The notes under the pieces were generated by a model. It was not told where the DNA came from. It searched no databases and saw nothing but the letters and a program-made list of their open reading frames with translations. A stretch of 64,000 bases of DNA from Squalus acanthias (taxonomy: Eukaryota), in the NCBI GenBank assembly GCA_030390025.1, contig JASTWF010000033.1, positions 2,482,001 to 2,546,000 of the forward strand. Reading direction: 5' to 3'. A program made the position numbers and the translations under genes. Shown piece after piece: positions 13,141 to 25,619 of this stretch (position 1 is the stretch's first letter; the number at the start of each line of letters is the position of its first letter).

Positions 13141-13720
13141 TAGATCATTAATATTTATCAAAAAGATCAATGGTTAGAATAGGTACCCCTTGGGGAACCA
13201 CTGGATACTTCCCTCCAGTCTGAACAACAACCATTCATCACTGCTTTTTGTTTTCTGTCCCTAGCCAAAGTCAGATCCCCATTGCCACAGCCCCTTTAGA
13301 CTTAACGAGTTTGTTTAATGGCACTTCATTAAATGGATTTTTAAAGTCCAAACACGCCAAACTCATCAATCCTCTACGTTAATTCATCAAAAAACTTAAT
13401 CAAGATTGTCAGACACACTTTGCCGTTAACATTTCTGTGCTGGTTGTCATTTATTAATCCATGTTTCTATCCAAGTGACAGATAATTTTCTCCGGGAATA
13501 TGGCCTCTAGAAGTTTCCCCTCCGCCGACGTTAGCCTGACTGTCCTGTAGTTACAGGGTTTATCGCTCACTTCTTTTTTATAACTGGGTGTAGCATTTGC
13601 AACCGTGCAATCCTTTGGCACCACTCCCATATCCAAGGAGGATTGAAAGATTCTGGCCAGATCCTGCGCTATTTCCACCATTCCTTCACTCAGCAATCCT
13701 CATACATTCCATCCGGACCG
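13140..13720 (-). mobile_element. old CR1 RT-region fragment
   Basis: ORF 13454-13696 (IFQSSLDMGVVP, NYRTVRLTS). Confidence 0.75.
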
Positions 13721-13991
13721 CGGAAAAGTTCTAATTTACTATGGTAGAAAACGTGCTGGATTGAAAATGGTTAACTTAAACTGTTTGTTCATTGACTGTA
13801 ATTAATGTCAGTCTCCATGGACCCAAATTGTATCAGTGCAAGGTTTCCCTCTTCTATTAATAAGGGACTCCTTTCAATGTGTTATCCCATAGTATCAGTG
13901 ACGGCATTACCTCTGGTACTAACAGGGATCAGCGCGCTGCTCCACAGAGAGGGAGTCGGAATCTGAGAAGAGTAGATTGGAATGTTACACA

Positions 13992-14129
13992 ATGGGCAAG
14001 AGTTTTTCCTCGGCGTTTGACTTTCTTTATGAATATTATGATATGCTATCATTACAAGTCGGATCCTTTACGCACTTCAGACGATTCAATCCATTTACTA
14101 TCCCCTCCTTGCTGTTGTTGGTGTTCCTG
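13992..14129 (+). pseudogene. candidate first coding exon (N-terminus and first half of TM1) of a GPR139-like GPCR, frameshifted
   Basis: 14060-14129 reads RILYALQTIQSIYYPLLAVVGVP followed by G|GTAAG, a phase-1 donor that fits the phase-1 acceptor at 34620. That frame has TGA at 14039. The ATG at 13992 (MGKSFSSAF…) is in another frame, so a shift near 14058 is needed. Confidence 0.7.
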
Positions 14130-14249
14130 GTAAGGCTCTCTATATTGCTATTACGTCTATAAACCGTGTTTAACAGCATTACTGTTCTTATCTTTTACTC
14201 TCCCCTCCTTTGCTGCGGTTGTTATTCCAGGTAGAAAGAAAAATAAAGG

Positions 14250-14350
14250 CTTTCATTTATATAGAGTCTTTCACGACAACCGTACGTCTCAAAGTGCTTT
14301 ACAGCCAATTAAGTACTTTTTGAAGTCGAGTCACTGTTGTAATGTGGGTT
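14250..14350 (-). mobile_element. 3' fragment of the Deu-type SINE
   Basis: TTCATTTATATAG…CAAAGTGCTTTACAGCCAATTAAGTAC…GTCACTGTTGTAATGTGGG matches 15755-15852. Confidence 0.8.
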
Positions 14351-14509
14351 GTCTCTGTATCCAGCTATTAACTCTCCAAACCTTTGCCGACTGTATTACT
14401 ATTCTCGGAAGTTACTCTCTCATCTTTGCCACTGTTGGTGCTCCTGTTAAGTCTCTGCATCCAGCAATTAGATCTGCTCACCACGTCTCACTGTATTACT
14501 GTATTTGTC

Positions 14510-14990
14510 ATTTAAATCTTGGGAATACCAAAACCATTGTCTTCATTCCTCGTTACAAAGTCCATTTTTTTAATCTACCAATTCAATCCCCCTCCCTGGC
14601 CAACGTGTGAGGATGAACCAGACTATTCGCAAGCACGGCGTTTTTTTGACCCTGAGCTGAGTACCGACTTCGTATCCTCTGAATCACCAGTCCTGCCTAA
14701 AACCACCTCCATAATATCGACCGTGCCCGCATCTCCTCAGCCCTTCCACTGCAGAAACCCTCAGCCATGCCTTTGTTAAACCTGACTGGACTATTCCAAT
14801 AATCTCCTGGCTGACCTCCATAAACTTAAGCTCATTCAAAACTCTGCTGCCCATAACCGAACACGCACCATTACCTGTTAACCCATCAACCCTTTGCTCG
14901 CTGACCAACATTTGCTCCCGAGCGGTAAATGCCTCGATCTTAATATTCTTATCATTAAGATCAAATCCCAACGTGGCCTCACCCCTACAA
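14510..14990 (+). mobile_element. decayed L2 LINE ORF2 fragment
   Basis: Similar to the reverse of 22700-23100 (CTATTCCAAT…CTCCTGGCTG…AAACTTAAGCTCATTCAAAACTCTGCTGCCC). Confidence 0.6.
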
Positions 14991-15750
14991 TTAGTCCCAT
15001 TCTCCAGTTCTTTTCCCGTAGTCCTGCAAATTGTTACCCTTCAAGTATTAATCCATTTCCCCTTTTAAAGTTAATTTATTCCCTGCTGTGCCTCTCCCAG
15101 TAATTCTGTCACTATTTTTCTTTCTCTCTGTCTCTCACTCTCCCACTTCTCTCTCTCTGTTTCTTGCTCATAGAATCATAAAATGGTACAGCACAGAAGG
15201 AGGCCATTCGGCCCATCGTGTCCGTGCCTTCTGTTTGAAAGAGCTGTCTCATTATTCCTACTCTTTAGCCAGAGCCCTATAAAAAAATCCTCTTCAACTA
15301 ATTATCCCATTACCTTTCGACAGTTACTATTGAATCTTCTTCCACCACGTTCTCAGACAGTGCATTCCAGATCACAATAACTCACTGCAAAAAGAAAATT
15401 CTCCTCATCGCTCCTCTGGTTCTTTTGCCTATTACCTTAAATCTGTGACCTCTGTTTAACCACCTTTCTGCCACTGGATAAAACAATTGACAAATGCACT
15501 CGATCAAATCCCATCAAAGTTTTGAAATCTATATTAAATCTCCCTTTATGAAAAAGGACTAAGATAGAGAAGGTGTAAAAGGTTTCAAGTTGAGAAAGGT
15601 CAATTTTACTAAGCTGAGATGTGAGTCACCAAAAGTGAACTGGAAACAGCTACTTGAAGGTAAATCAGTGTCACAGCAGTGGGGGGCATTCAAGGAGGAG
15701 ATAGTGACGGTTCGGAGCAAATATGTTCCCACAAAGAAAAAAGGAAAAGG

Positions 15751-16192
15751 AAGACTTGCATTTCTATAGCGCCTTTCACGGCCAGCGGACGTCTCAACGC
15801 GCTTTACAGCCAATGAAGTATATTTGAAGTGGAGTCACTGTTGTATTGTGGGAAACACGGCAGCCCATTTGCGCACAGCAAGGTCCCACAAACAGCAATG
15901 TGATAATGAACAGATAATCTGTTCTGTTATGTTGATTTAAAGGTAAATATTTGCCAGGACACCGGGGATAACTCACCTGCTTTTCTTCGAAATGGTGACA
16001 CGGGGTCTTTTACGTCCACCTGAGAGAGCAGACGGGCTCTCGATTTAACGTCTCATCCGAAAGACGGCACCTCCGACAGTGCAGCACTCGACTGGAGTGT
16101 CAGCATAACTTTATGTGCTCAGGTCCCTGGAGTGGGACTTTAAACCACAACCTTCTAACTCAGAGGCGAGTGTGCTACCAACTGAGCCACAG
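15751..16192 (-). mobile_element. near full-length tRNA-derived Deu-domain SINE (SacSINE1/AmnSINE1-like) inserted into an old CR1 fragment
   Basis: Reverse strand: A box TGGCTCAGTTGGTAG, B-box-like GGTTTAAAGTCCC, central CTTTCGGATGAGACGTTAAATCGAG…CTCTCAGGTGGACGTAAAAGA, and an L2-like tail AAAGGCGCTATAGAAATGCAAG. Flanks 15560-15750 and 16193-16345 are CR1-like. Confidence 0.85.
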
Positions 16193-16359
16193 TTGACAAA
16201 AAGAATGGGACTCAACAAACTAGAGCCCAATGAATGTAAAGGAGCATACAGGGAAGTATAAGGGAAATAAGGGAAGCGTTTCTCAGATACTGAGAGCTCA
16301 CAACTACAGAGAGCCAACAGGAGTATATAAATTGCAGGGGTTAAAAAGGATTTCATAGG

Positions 16360-19060
16360 ATTACATAGCATATACAGCACAGAAATAGGCTGTTTGACCA
16401 AACAAGTCTAGGCCAGTGTTTATGCTGCACTCGAGTCTCCTCCCGTCTTTCCTCATCTTATTCTATCAGCATAACCCTCTATTCCCTTCTCCCACATATG
16501 CTTATCTAACCGCTCCTTGAATGCATCTACACTACTCGCTTCAACCAATGCCTATGGCAGCGAGTTCCACATTCCCACCACTCTCTTGGTAAATAAGTCT
16601 ATTCTGAAATTCCTATTTGATTTTTTGGTGACTATTTCATATTGATGATCTCTTGTTTGCTCTCCCCCAAAAGTGGATTCACAGTCTCTGTATCTACTCT
16701 ATCAAAAGCATTCATGATTTTTAAGAGCTCTATTAGTTCACCACTCAGCCTTCTCTTTGCAAGAGAAGAGACCCAGATTCTTCATCATTTCCTGATAGGT
16801 GTTCCCTTGCATTTCTGGTATCTTCTTTTTAAATCTTCTCTGTTCCCTCTCCAGTGCCTCTATATCATTTTTTATAATGTGGCGATCAGAATTGCACATA
16901 TTAATCCAAGTGTGGTCTAACCAAGTCCTCACCAAGGTTCAATGCAAGTTTAGCATAACTTCACTACTTTACAATTCTATCTTTCTGGAAATAAACACTA
17001 GTGTTTGGTTTGCTTTCTGTATGTCCTTGTTAACCTGTGCCAATACTTTTCAATGATTTGTGTATTTGTACTCCTAGATCCCTTTATTCCTCACACTATT
17101 GTTGATTCTTATTTTCCAAGTAATATGTGACCTCCCTATTTGTCTTACCAAAATGAAACACCTCACATTTCTCTGTGTTTAATTTAATTTTCTAATTATA
17201 TGCCCATTCTGCAAGTTTATTAATGTCTTCTTGTAATTTGTTGCAGTCCTCCTCAGTATTGGCCATCCACTCCAATTTGGTGCCGTCTAAAAATTTAGAA
17301 ATTGTGTTTTAGATTCCAAAGTCTAATTCATTAATATAAATTATTAACAACAGTGGTCCCAGCACTGATCCTTGTCGAACACCACTACCCACCTTCTGCC
17401 ACTCTCAATAGCTACCCTTTACCCCTACTCTTTGCTTTCTTGGTTGAAGCCAACTAGCTATCCATTCTGATTTCATTACTGCATTTGCATTGTCTACTCT
17501 CTCTGTTAACTCTTCAATAAATACCATTCGTTTGGTCAATCAAGATTCTCCCTTTTGAATTCCATGCTGACTATTAATTCTTAGATTTTTCATTTCTAGA
17601 TGTACTTAAATGTTATCCTTTAGCAGGAATTCCATTATTTTTCCAACCACCGATGTTAATCTGATTGGCCTATAGTTCCTTGGATATGTTCTATCTCCCA
17701 TCTTAGATATAAGTTTTACGTTAGCACTCCACTCGACCTCTGGCCATACACCATTTTCTAACGAAATATTAAGTATGTGTAGTAAGGCCTCTGCTATCTC
17801 TTCCCTAGATTCTCTTAAATGCGTGGATCCGCCCACACCAGGGGTTTTATCCTCTTTGAGTTTGATTAGATTATTTAGTATATCTCTTCATTTTATATTA
17901 AAAGCAGTTAACTCATTACTAATCTCGTCATCCGATGTCATCTCCACCTCTTCTATCTCCCTGGAAAATACTGAAGAAAAGGAATTATTTAATATCTCTG
18001 CCAACTCTCTTTTGCTGCCTGTGGTATTCTCGTTTCCATCACTTAGTGGCTCTATTCCCATCGCGACCTTCCTTTTTTAATGATATGCCTGTAAAATATT
18101 TCAATATTTTGTTTTATGTTCCTTGATAAATTAATTTCTTAGTTCCTGTTTGCCTTCCTAATTGTTTTTTTGACACCTCTTCTAATCCCTTCATATTCTC
18201 TCTCATCACTCTCCCCTGCTGACCATGGACTTAATGAATGCCGCTTTCCTTCTGCTCAATTTTTCCCTTATGCCTTTCTTCATCCACGGTGTCTCAATAA
18301 TGTTTACCTTGTTCTTGTTTATTAGCAGAATATATTTTTCCTGGACTCTGTTGAAGACTGTTTTTAATGTTTCCCATTGCTGTTCTACATCATTGTTTGC
18401 CAATGTTGCCCATTTTATTTTCCTCAGTGCTTGTCTCAGTCCCTCAATTTCAGCTGTTCTCCAATCTATTACCCTTGTCTTTGTCATACCTATTTCCTTC
18501 TCAATTATTATCTTAAAGCTTATTATATTATGGTCACTATTGCCTCGACGTTCCCCTACTTTTACTTCTCTTATCTGCTAAGGTTCATTCTCTTTTATTG
18601 ATCCAATAGTGAATCCTCCCTTGTTGGGCTTTTTACATATTGGGTTAGAAATGAGTCTTGTACACATTGTTGCAGGTCCATTCTCTTATTCCCTTATCCT
18701 GCCTCATTTGGCCAATTAATATCTGGGTTTTTGAAAGCCCCCATGATTATTATTCTGTGTTTTTTACTAATTTCCCTAATTTGTCTTCATATGTCTTCCT
18801 CCACCTCTCTTCCAATATTAGGTGGTATATTGACGACCCCTGTTAGTGTGATTGATCCTTTAAAATATTTCATCTATATCCACTTTATATATATTTCTTT
18901 CTTGCTGATACCTGCGTCACTTTTATCTACTGCCATTATGTTACCCCTAATAATTACAGCTACTCCACTTCCCCTTTTTCCCTTTTTGTATCTTTTCTAA
19001 ATATGTCATAACCAGCAATGTTTAATTTCCAGTCCTTATTTTTCGGTAGCCATGTCTCAG
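16360..19060 (-). mobile_element. old CR1 LINE, ORF2 from the endonuclease region to the 3' end, heavily decayed
   Basis: ORF pieces DIEALEREQRRF, NYRPIRLTSVVGKIME and QQWETLKTVFNRVQEKYI…TPWM. Confidence 0.85.
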
Positions 19061-20937
19061 TGAAATCAAAGAGAGGAGATGAAAAAAGTATTATCTAATT
19101 AAATCAAGGAAAACACAAATATATTTCATAAACAGATAAAGAGCAATGGGATAACAAAGGAAAGAGTAGAGTCTATTAGAAACCAAAAAGGTAACCTGTG
19201 TGTAGAGGTGAAAGACATGAGTATGGCTGTTAAGGAATACTTTGTTACTGTCATCACAGAAAAGAGTAGTAATGCAGATACTGTAGTTAAAGAGGAAGTG
19301 TGTGAACTATTACATGAGCTTAGCATAAAGAGAGAGGAAGTATTAAGACCTTTTGCATGTTTGAAAGCAGATAAATTGTCAGGCCCGGATGAAATGTATC
19401 CGAGGCTGTTAAGAGAGGCAAGAGAAATGTGCGGGTTAGGTTGATTTGGCTATGATAAATTGACCCTTAGTGTTAGGGGGGGATTAAATATGTGGGGTTA
19501 TGGGTATAGGATGGGATATGTTAGGGGGAATTAAATATGTGGGGTTACGGGGGTAGGGTGGGATATGTGTACTGTGGGGATTAAAGCAGGGACAGGGTAC
19601 TGGATTTGGATGATCAGCCATGATCGTATTGAATGGTGGAGCAGGCTCGACGGGCCGAATGGCCTACTCCTGCTCCTAGATTCTATGTTTCTATGTTTCT
19701 ATGAGAAGATTGTTTCTGAGAGACTTGATTGAATGTTTTGAGGAGGTAACGAGGAGGGTCGATGAGGGTAGTGCATTTGATGTAGTCCACACAGATATTA
19801 GCTAGGCGTTTGACAAGGTTTCAATTGACAGGTTGGTCAAAAAAGTAAAAGCCCATGAGATCCAATGGAAAGTTGGATCCATAGTTGGCTCAGTGACAGG
19901 AAGCAAAGTGTAATGAACAATGGGTGTTTTTTGTGAATGGAAGACTGCTTCCAATGGGATTATGCAGGTCTTAGTACCAGGTGCCTTGCTTTTTGTGGTA
20001 TATATCAATGATTTAGACCTCAATATAGGGGGCATGATTAAAAAGTTTGCAGATGCTACAAAAATTGTCCCTGCGTTTGGCAGTGAGGAAGAAAGCTGTA
20101 GACTGCAGGAAGATATCAATGGACTGATTAGGTGGGCAGAAAAGTGGCAGAAGGAATTCAATCCGAGGAAGTGGGGAGGGCTAACAAAGCAAGGGAATAC
20201 ACAACAAATGGTAGCATACTGAGAATTGTAGAGGAACAGAGGGACCTTGAAGTGCATGCCCACCGATCCCTGAAGGTAGCGGGACAGGTAAATAAGGTGG
20301 TTAAGAAGGTATACTGGATAATCTCCTTTTTTTAGCCGAGGCATAGAATGTAACAGCAGAGAGATAATGCCAGAACTGTAAAAAGCACTAGTTAGGCCAC
20401 AGCTAGAATACTGCGTACATTTCTGGTTACTTTACAGGAAGATGTGATTGCACTAGAGAGGGTACAAAGGAGATTTACGAGGATGTTGCCAGGACTGGGG
20501 AATTTTAGCTATGAGGAAATATTGCACAGGCTGGGGCTGCTTTCTTTGGAGCAGAGGAGGCTGAGGGAAGATTTAATTAAGATGCATAAAATAATAAGAG
20601 GCTTGGATGCAGTAGATGGTAAGCACCTATTTCCATCAGCGGAGTGATGAATGACGAGGGGCATAGATTTAACGTTATTGGTAGAAGGATTCGAGGGGAG
20701 TTGTGAATTCATTTTACCAAGTGGGTAGTGGGGGTCTGGAACTCACTGCCTGAAAGGGTGGTAGAGGCAGAAACCCTCATCACATTATAAGGTAGATTTG
20801 CCACAACTTTCAAGGCTACGGACCAAGAGCTGGAAAGTGGGATTAGGCTGAATAGCTCTTTTGCGACCAGTGCAGCCACGCTGGGCCGAATGGCCTCCTT
20901 CTGTGCCGTACATTTCTATGATTCTATAATTCTATGT
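19061..20937 (+). mobile_element. old CR1 LINE ORF2 3' part, interrupted at 19429-19703
   Basis: KLSGPDEMYPRLLREA, YINDLD, KFADATK and LERVQRRFTRMLPG; (ATTCTAT)-type tail near 20915-20937. Confidence 0.88.
19429..19703 (+). mobile_element. headless V-SINE (HE1-like) body joined to a CR1 3' tail, copy 1
   Basis: GTGCGGGTTAGGTTGATTTGGCTATGATAAATTGACCCTTAGTGT resembles the V-SINE conserved domain. It ends in GATCAGCCATGAT…GGCCGAATGGCCTACTCCTGCTCC…(TTTCTATG)n. Nearly identical to 43193-43456. Confidence 0.8.
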
Positions 20938-20944
20938 TTCTTGA

Positions 20945-21690
20945 CATTCGCTGCTCTAAAAATAACGATCCCAGCTTCTCCAGTCTCTCCACGTAACTGA
21001 AGTCCCAGATCCCAGGTACCATTCTGGTAAAATCCCATCACATCCTCTAATCCTTGACATGCTTACCAAACTGTGGTGCCCAGAATAGGACAAAATTCTC
21101 CAGCTGTGGCCTAACCAGTGATTTAGAAAAGGTTAGCATTTCTTCCTGGTATTTGTTACTCTGTGTCTCTGTTTGTAAAGCCAAGGACTCCGTATGTTTT
21201 ATTAGCAGCTGTCGCAACTTGCCCTGCCACCTTCAAAAAGTTGTATAATAGTCCCCAGGTCTGTCTGATCGTGCGCCCATTTTAAAATTGTGCCGTTGAG
21301 TTTATGTTGCCTCTTCTCATACTTCCTACCAAAATGTATCACTTCACACACCTCTATGTGTTAAATTGTTTCTGCCATGTAACTGCCCATTTCACCAGTC
21401 TATCTGTGTGCTCCTGAAGTCTGTTACTACCTTCTCACTGTTAATTAACATTTCCGAGTTTTCTATGATCTGCAAGCTTTGAAATTATATGCTGTATACC
21501 CAATTCCATGGCATTGATATACATGAAAAGAGCAATGGTCCCAATACCGACCCCTGGGGAGCACTAATTTATACTTCCCTCCAGTCTGAAAAACAATCGG
21601 TTACCACTACTCTCTGTCTCTTAGGCAATTTCCGAGCTATGTTGCCACTGCCCCTTTAATCCCACGGGCTTCAATTTTGTTATTATCCTT
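20945..21690 (-). mobile_element. decayed CR1 RT fragment
   Basis: GTGGCCTAACCAGTG (reverse of LVRP) and CCCAATACCGACCCCTGGGG (reverse of PQGSVLG). Confidence 0.7.
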
Positions 21691-21874
21691 TCGAAAGGAT
21701 AGGGAAATTGGGAAAGTGTGAGTAGTATCAATCATAAAACCATAGAATTGATGAGCCAAGTTGCTTTGACAATTTGTTTAGCGGTGCATGACGTCCGCAT
21801 GGATCATATGTCTCGCCTGGTTTCAATCAATGAATTACAAAATTATTGACTTTATTCCCATTTTATTATTTATA

Positions 21875-22070
21875 TTTATTTGTTCTCAGGATATGGGTGG
21901 CGCTGTCAAGGCCGGTGTTACTTGTCCATCCCTTGTTACCCATGATAAAATGGTGGGCCTTCATCTTGAACCGCTGCAGTCCGTGTGGTGAAGGTGCTCC
22001 CACAATACAATTACGGAAGGAATTTCAGACTTTTGACCCAGTGACGATGAAGGAACGGCGATATATTTGA
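21875..22070 (-). mobile_element. 3' end of the CR1/L2-group (Zenon-like) LINE
   Basis: Matches 12080-12260 and 35590-35775 (CCGCTGCAGTCCGTGTGGTGAAGGT…GACGATGAAGGAACGGCGATATA). Confidence 0.75.
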
Positions 22071-22071
22071 A

Positions 22072-22260
22072 GGGTGCGGTAGCATAATATTTATGTTGCT
22101 GGACTAGTAAACCAGATGCCTGGACGATTGATCCTGAGTTCCAATCCCAACAGCTGGGGAAATTAAACTCAATTTATGAAACAAATGTGGAATAAAAAGC
22201 TTTTGTAAGTAATGGTGACCATGGAACTACCGGATTGTAGTAAAAACCCATCTGGTCTTC
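22072..22260 (+). mobile_element. 5' part of a second tRNA-derived SINE family
   Basis: CTGGACTAGTAAACCAG…GAGTTCCAATCCC (B box)…GTAATGGTGACCATGGAACTACCGGATTGT; same family as the reverse of 25770-26048. Confidence 0.7.
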
Positions 22261-22262
22261 TT

Positions 22263-25095
22263 TAACAACAACAACAACAACAACAACAACAACTTGTTAT
22301 ATAGCGCCTTTAACGTAGTAAAACTTCACAAGGCACTGCACAGGATAATTATGAGTCAAACAAAATTTCACGGAGCCAGGTAAAGAGAAATTAGGGCAGG
22401 TGACCAAAAGCTTGGTGAAAGAGGTAGATTTCAATGTGCATCTTTAAGGAGGAAAGAGAGGTAGCGAGCCGAAAGTTTTAGGGAGTAAATTCCAGAGGTT
22501 AAGGCCGAGGCGACAGAAGGCACAGCCACAAATCATTGAGCGATTATCATCAGGAGTGCTCAAGAGGCCAGAATTAGAGAAGCGCAGATATCTCGATGGG
22601 CGGGGGGACGGGGTTGTGGATGAAAAAGATTACAGAGATAGGGAGAGGCGAGCCATGGAGGGATTTTAAAAAAAGGATCAGAAATTTTAAATCGAGGCGA
22701 TGCTTAACCAGGAGCAAATCTAGTAAACCGAGAGCATGGGTGATGGGCGAACGGAACTTGCTTGATTTAGGATATGTGCAGCCCTGTTTAGTATGACCTC
22801 AAGTTTCCGTAGGGTAGAATATGGGATGCCAGCCAGGAGTGCATTATCATATTCAAGTCGAGAGGTAACAGAGGCATGGATGAGGTTTTCACCAGCGGAT
22901 GTGCTCAGGCAGGTGTGCAGACGGTCGACGTTACGGAGGTGGAAATAGGCACTATTAGTTATGCTGCAGATATTTGTTCGTAAGCTCATTTCAAGGTGAA
23001 ATACGACACCAAGGTTGCGAACAGTGTGGTTCAGCCTCACAAAAATGTTAGGGAGAGGGATGGAGTTAGTGGCTAGGGAACAGAGTTAGTGGCAGGGGCC
23101 AAAAACAATGGCATCGGTCCAACCAATAATTAATTCGAGAACATTTCAGCTCATCCAGAACAGTACGTATGACAAACAGCCGAGAGAAGAGGTAGTGAGG
23201 TAGAGCTGGGTGTCGTCAGCCTACATGTGGAAACTAACGCTGTTTTCGGATGATGTCGCCAAGGGGTAACATGTATGAGAAATAGGAGGGGGCCAAGGAT
23301 AGTTCATTGGGGGACATCAGTGGTAACGATGCGGGTGCGTGAAGAGAAAACCATTGCATGTGATTCTCTGGCTACGATTAGATAGATAAGAATGGAACCA
23401 GGCGAGTGCAGTCCCACCCAGCTGGACGACGGTGGATAGGCGTTGGAGAAGGATGAAGTGGTCAACCTTGTCAAAGGCTGCAGACAAGTCAAGAAGGACG
23501 AGGATGGAGAGTTTACCTTTGTCACAGTCACAAAGGATGTCATTTGTGACATTGATGAGAGCCGTTTCGGCCCTGAGGCAAGGGCGGAAGCCTGATTGCA
23601 GGGGTTCAAACAAGGAATTGAGGGAAATATGCCACGGATTTGGACACATTCAATTACTTTGGAGAGGAAAGGGAGGTTGGAGATGTGGTGGTAATTTGCA
23701 AGACCGGTTAGGTCAAGGGTTCTTTATTGAGGAGAGTTTGCTGATGGCAGTTTTGAATGAGAGAGGGAGCTGTGACTAGAAGTTTACCGCAAGGATCGGT
23801 TCTTGGGCCCAAGCTATTCACAATCTATATGAATCATTAGGATGAGGGATATAATTGTAACATTTCCCAATTTTCTGATGATACAAAGCTAGGTGGCAGT
23901 GCCAGTTGTGAAGAGGTTATGAAGAGGCTTCAATGGGATCTCGACAAGCTCAGCGAGTGGGCGAGGATATGGCAGATGGAAAATAGCGTGGATAAGTGTG
24001 AAGTTACCCACTTTTGTAGAAAAAACAGAAATGCAGAGTATTTCCAAAATGGTGAAAGATTGGGGAATGCAAATGCTCAAAGGGACCTTGGTGTCCTTGT
24101 ACATGAGTCATTGAAAGTGAATGTGCAGGTGCAGTAAGCCATTCGGAAGACAAATGTTATGCTGACCTTCATTACAAGAGCATTTGAGTACAAGAGTAAA
24201 TAAGTCTTACTCCAATTATATTGGGCCTTGTTGAGACCACACCTGGAGTACTGTGTACAATTTTGGTCTCCTTACCTAAGGAAGGATATACTTGTCATAG
24301 AGGGTGTGCAACGAAGGTTCACGAGATTGATTCCTGGGATGGCAGGACTGTTGTATTAGAAGAGATTGAGTAAACTAGGCCTGTATTCACTTGAATTCTG
24401 AAAATTTGAGAGGGGATCTCATTGAAGCATACAAAATTATTACAGGGCTTGATCTGCTGGATGCTTGGAGAATGTTTCCCTTTGCTGGGGATTCCAGAAA
24501 CAGGGGCCACAGCCTCAGGATAAAGGGTAGGCCATTCAGGACTGAGATGAGAAGAAATTTCTTCCCACAGAGGTTGATGAATATTTGGAATTCTCTACCC
24601 CAGAGGGCTGTGGAGCTCAGTCATTGGGTATATTCAAAACAGAAGTTGCTAGATTTGTGACAACTAAAGGCATCAAGGGATATGGCGATAGGGCCGGTGA
24701 ATGGAGTTGAGGCAGAAGAACAGCCATGATCTTATTGAATGGCGTAGCAGGATCGAACTGCCGTATGGCCTACTCCTGCTCCTATTTCTTATGTTCTTAT
24801 ATTCTTAGTTCAGGGCTAGTGCAGGGGGGAACCTTAGAGGAAGTTTGGCCCGGTGGGCTAGAGGAAGAAAGGGAAGTGGCAGAGGCAGCTGAACGGATGG
24901 TCTCAATCTTAGAGACAAATATGTCCATGAGCTCCTTACACTTGTTATCGGAGGTGAGGGTGTGCGACACAGGGGAGAGGGGTTTAAGAAGACGGTTAGC
25001 AGTCGAAAATAGGAGCCGGAATTTATCTTTTCATTCCAAAATGATTCTGGAATACTGAACAATTTTGGCAGATGAGAGCAGGACCCGAAAATGAA
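22263..25095 (-). mobile_element. L2 LINE with a (TTG)n tail at 22263-22293, interrupted by the CR1 at 23776-24803
   Basis: L2 motifs EPLQSGFRPC…ETALINVTND, LVLLDLSAAFDKVDH and AYFHLRNV…VTSRLEYDNALL. 3' end AAGGCGCTATATAACAAG. L2-like sequence resumes at 24804. Confidence 0.88.
23776..24803 (+). mobile_element. 5'-truncated CR1 nested in L2
   Basis: LQWDLDKLSEWA, LRGDLIEAYKI and RTEMRRNFF; TTCTTATG tail. Confidence 0.92.
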
Positions 25096-25244
25096 TTATG
25101 AGGTCCTGCCTGAACGTTCACACCAGTTAAAGACACACCAGTCACACAGGCATCTTTAATAGACAGACCCAGTCACACAGGCGTGTTAAGGAGAAACAAC
25201 GGTGAAAGCTCAAGGGTCTAGAATTCCCTCTCGAGCGAGTTAGA

Positions 25245-25405
25245 TATAATACTCACAACTAGGGGGATCAAGGGGTATGGCGAGAAAGCAGGAATGGGGT
25301 ACTGAGGTAGCATGTTCAGCCATGAACGCATTGAATGGCGGTGCGGGCTCGAAGGACCGAATGGTCTACTCCTGTACCGATTTTCTATGTTTCTATGTTT
25401 CTATG
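25245..25405 (+). mobile_element. CR1 3'-terminal fragment
   Basis: GATCAAGGGGTATGG…TTGAATGGCGG…(TTTCTATG)3. Confidence 0.85.
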
Positions 25406-25619
25406 AAGGCACGAAACAGAAGGTTTCGGACTGGAATTTCTAGGCCCCCATATCTGTCCTTACAGATTCTTAGATAATTAATGTTCGAACACAGCTTGTA
25501 ATCTTGTCCTGAATATGATGCCTCAGAACGTGCTTATTTTTGCAGACTCTGAGTTTTAATATGTTTAATTATCCTTAATTTTGAGAAAGTTTCGGTGTTT
25601 TTTATTTATTGAATCATTC

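Noticed and set aside
16120..16192. tRNA gene (also 31056-31125 and 59840-59915)
   Set aside because: The A/B boxes run directly into SINE body sequence and no complete cloverleaf is evident.
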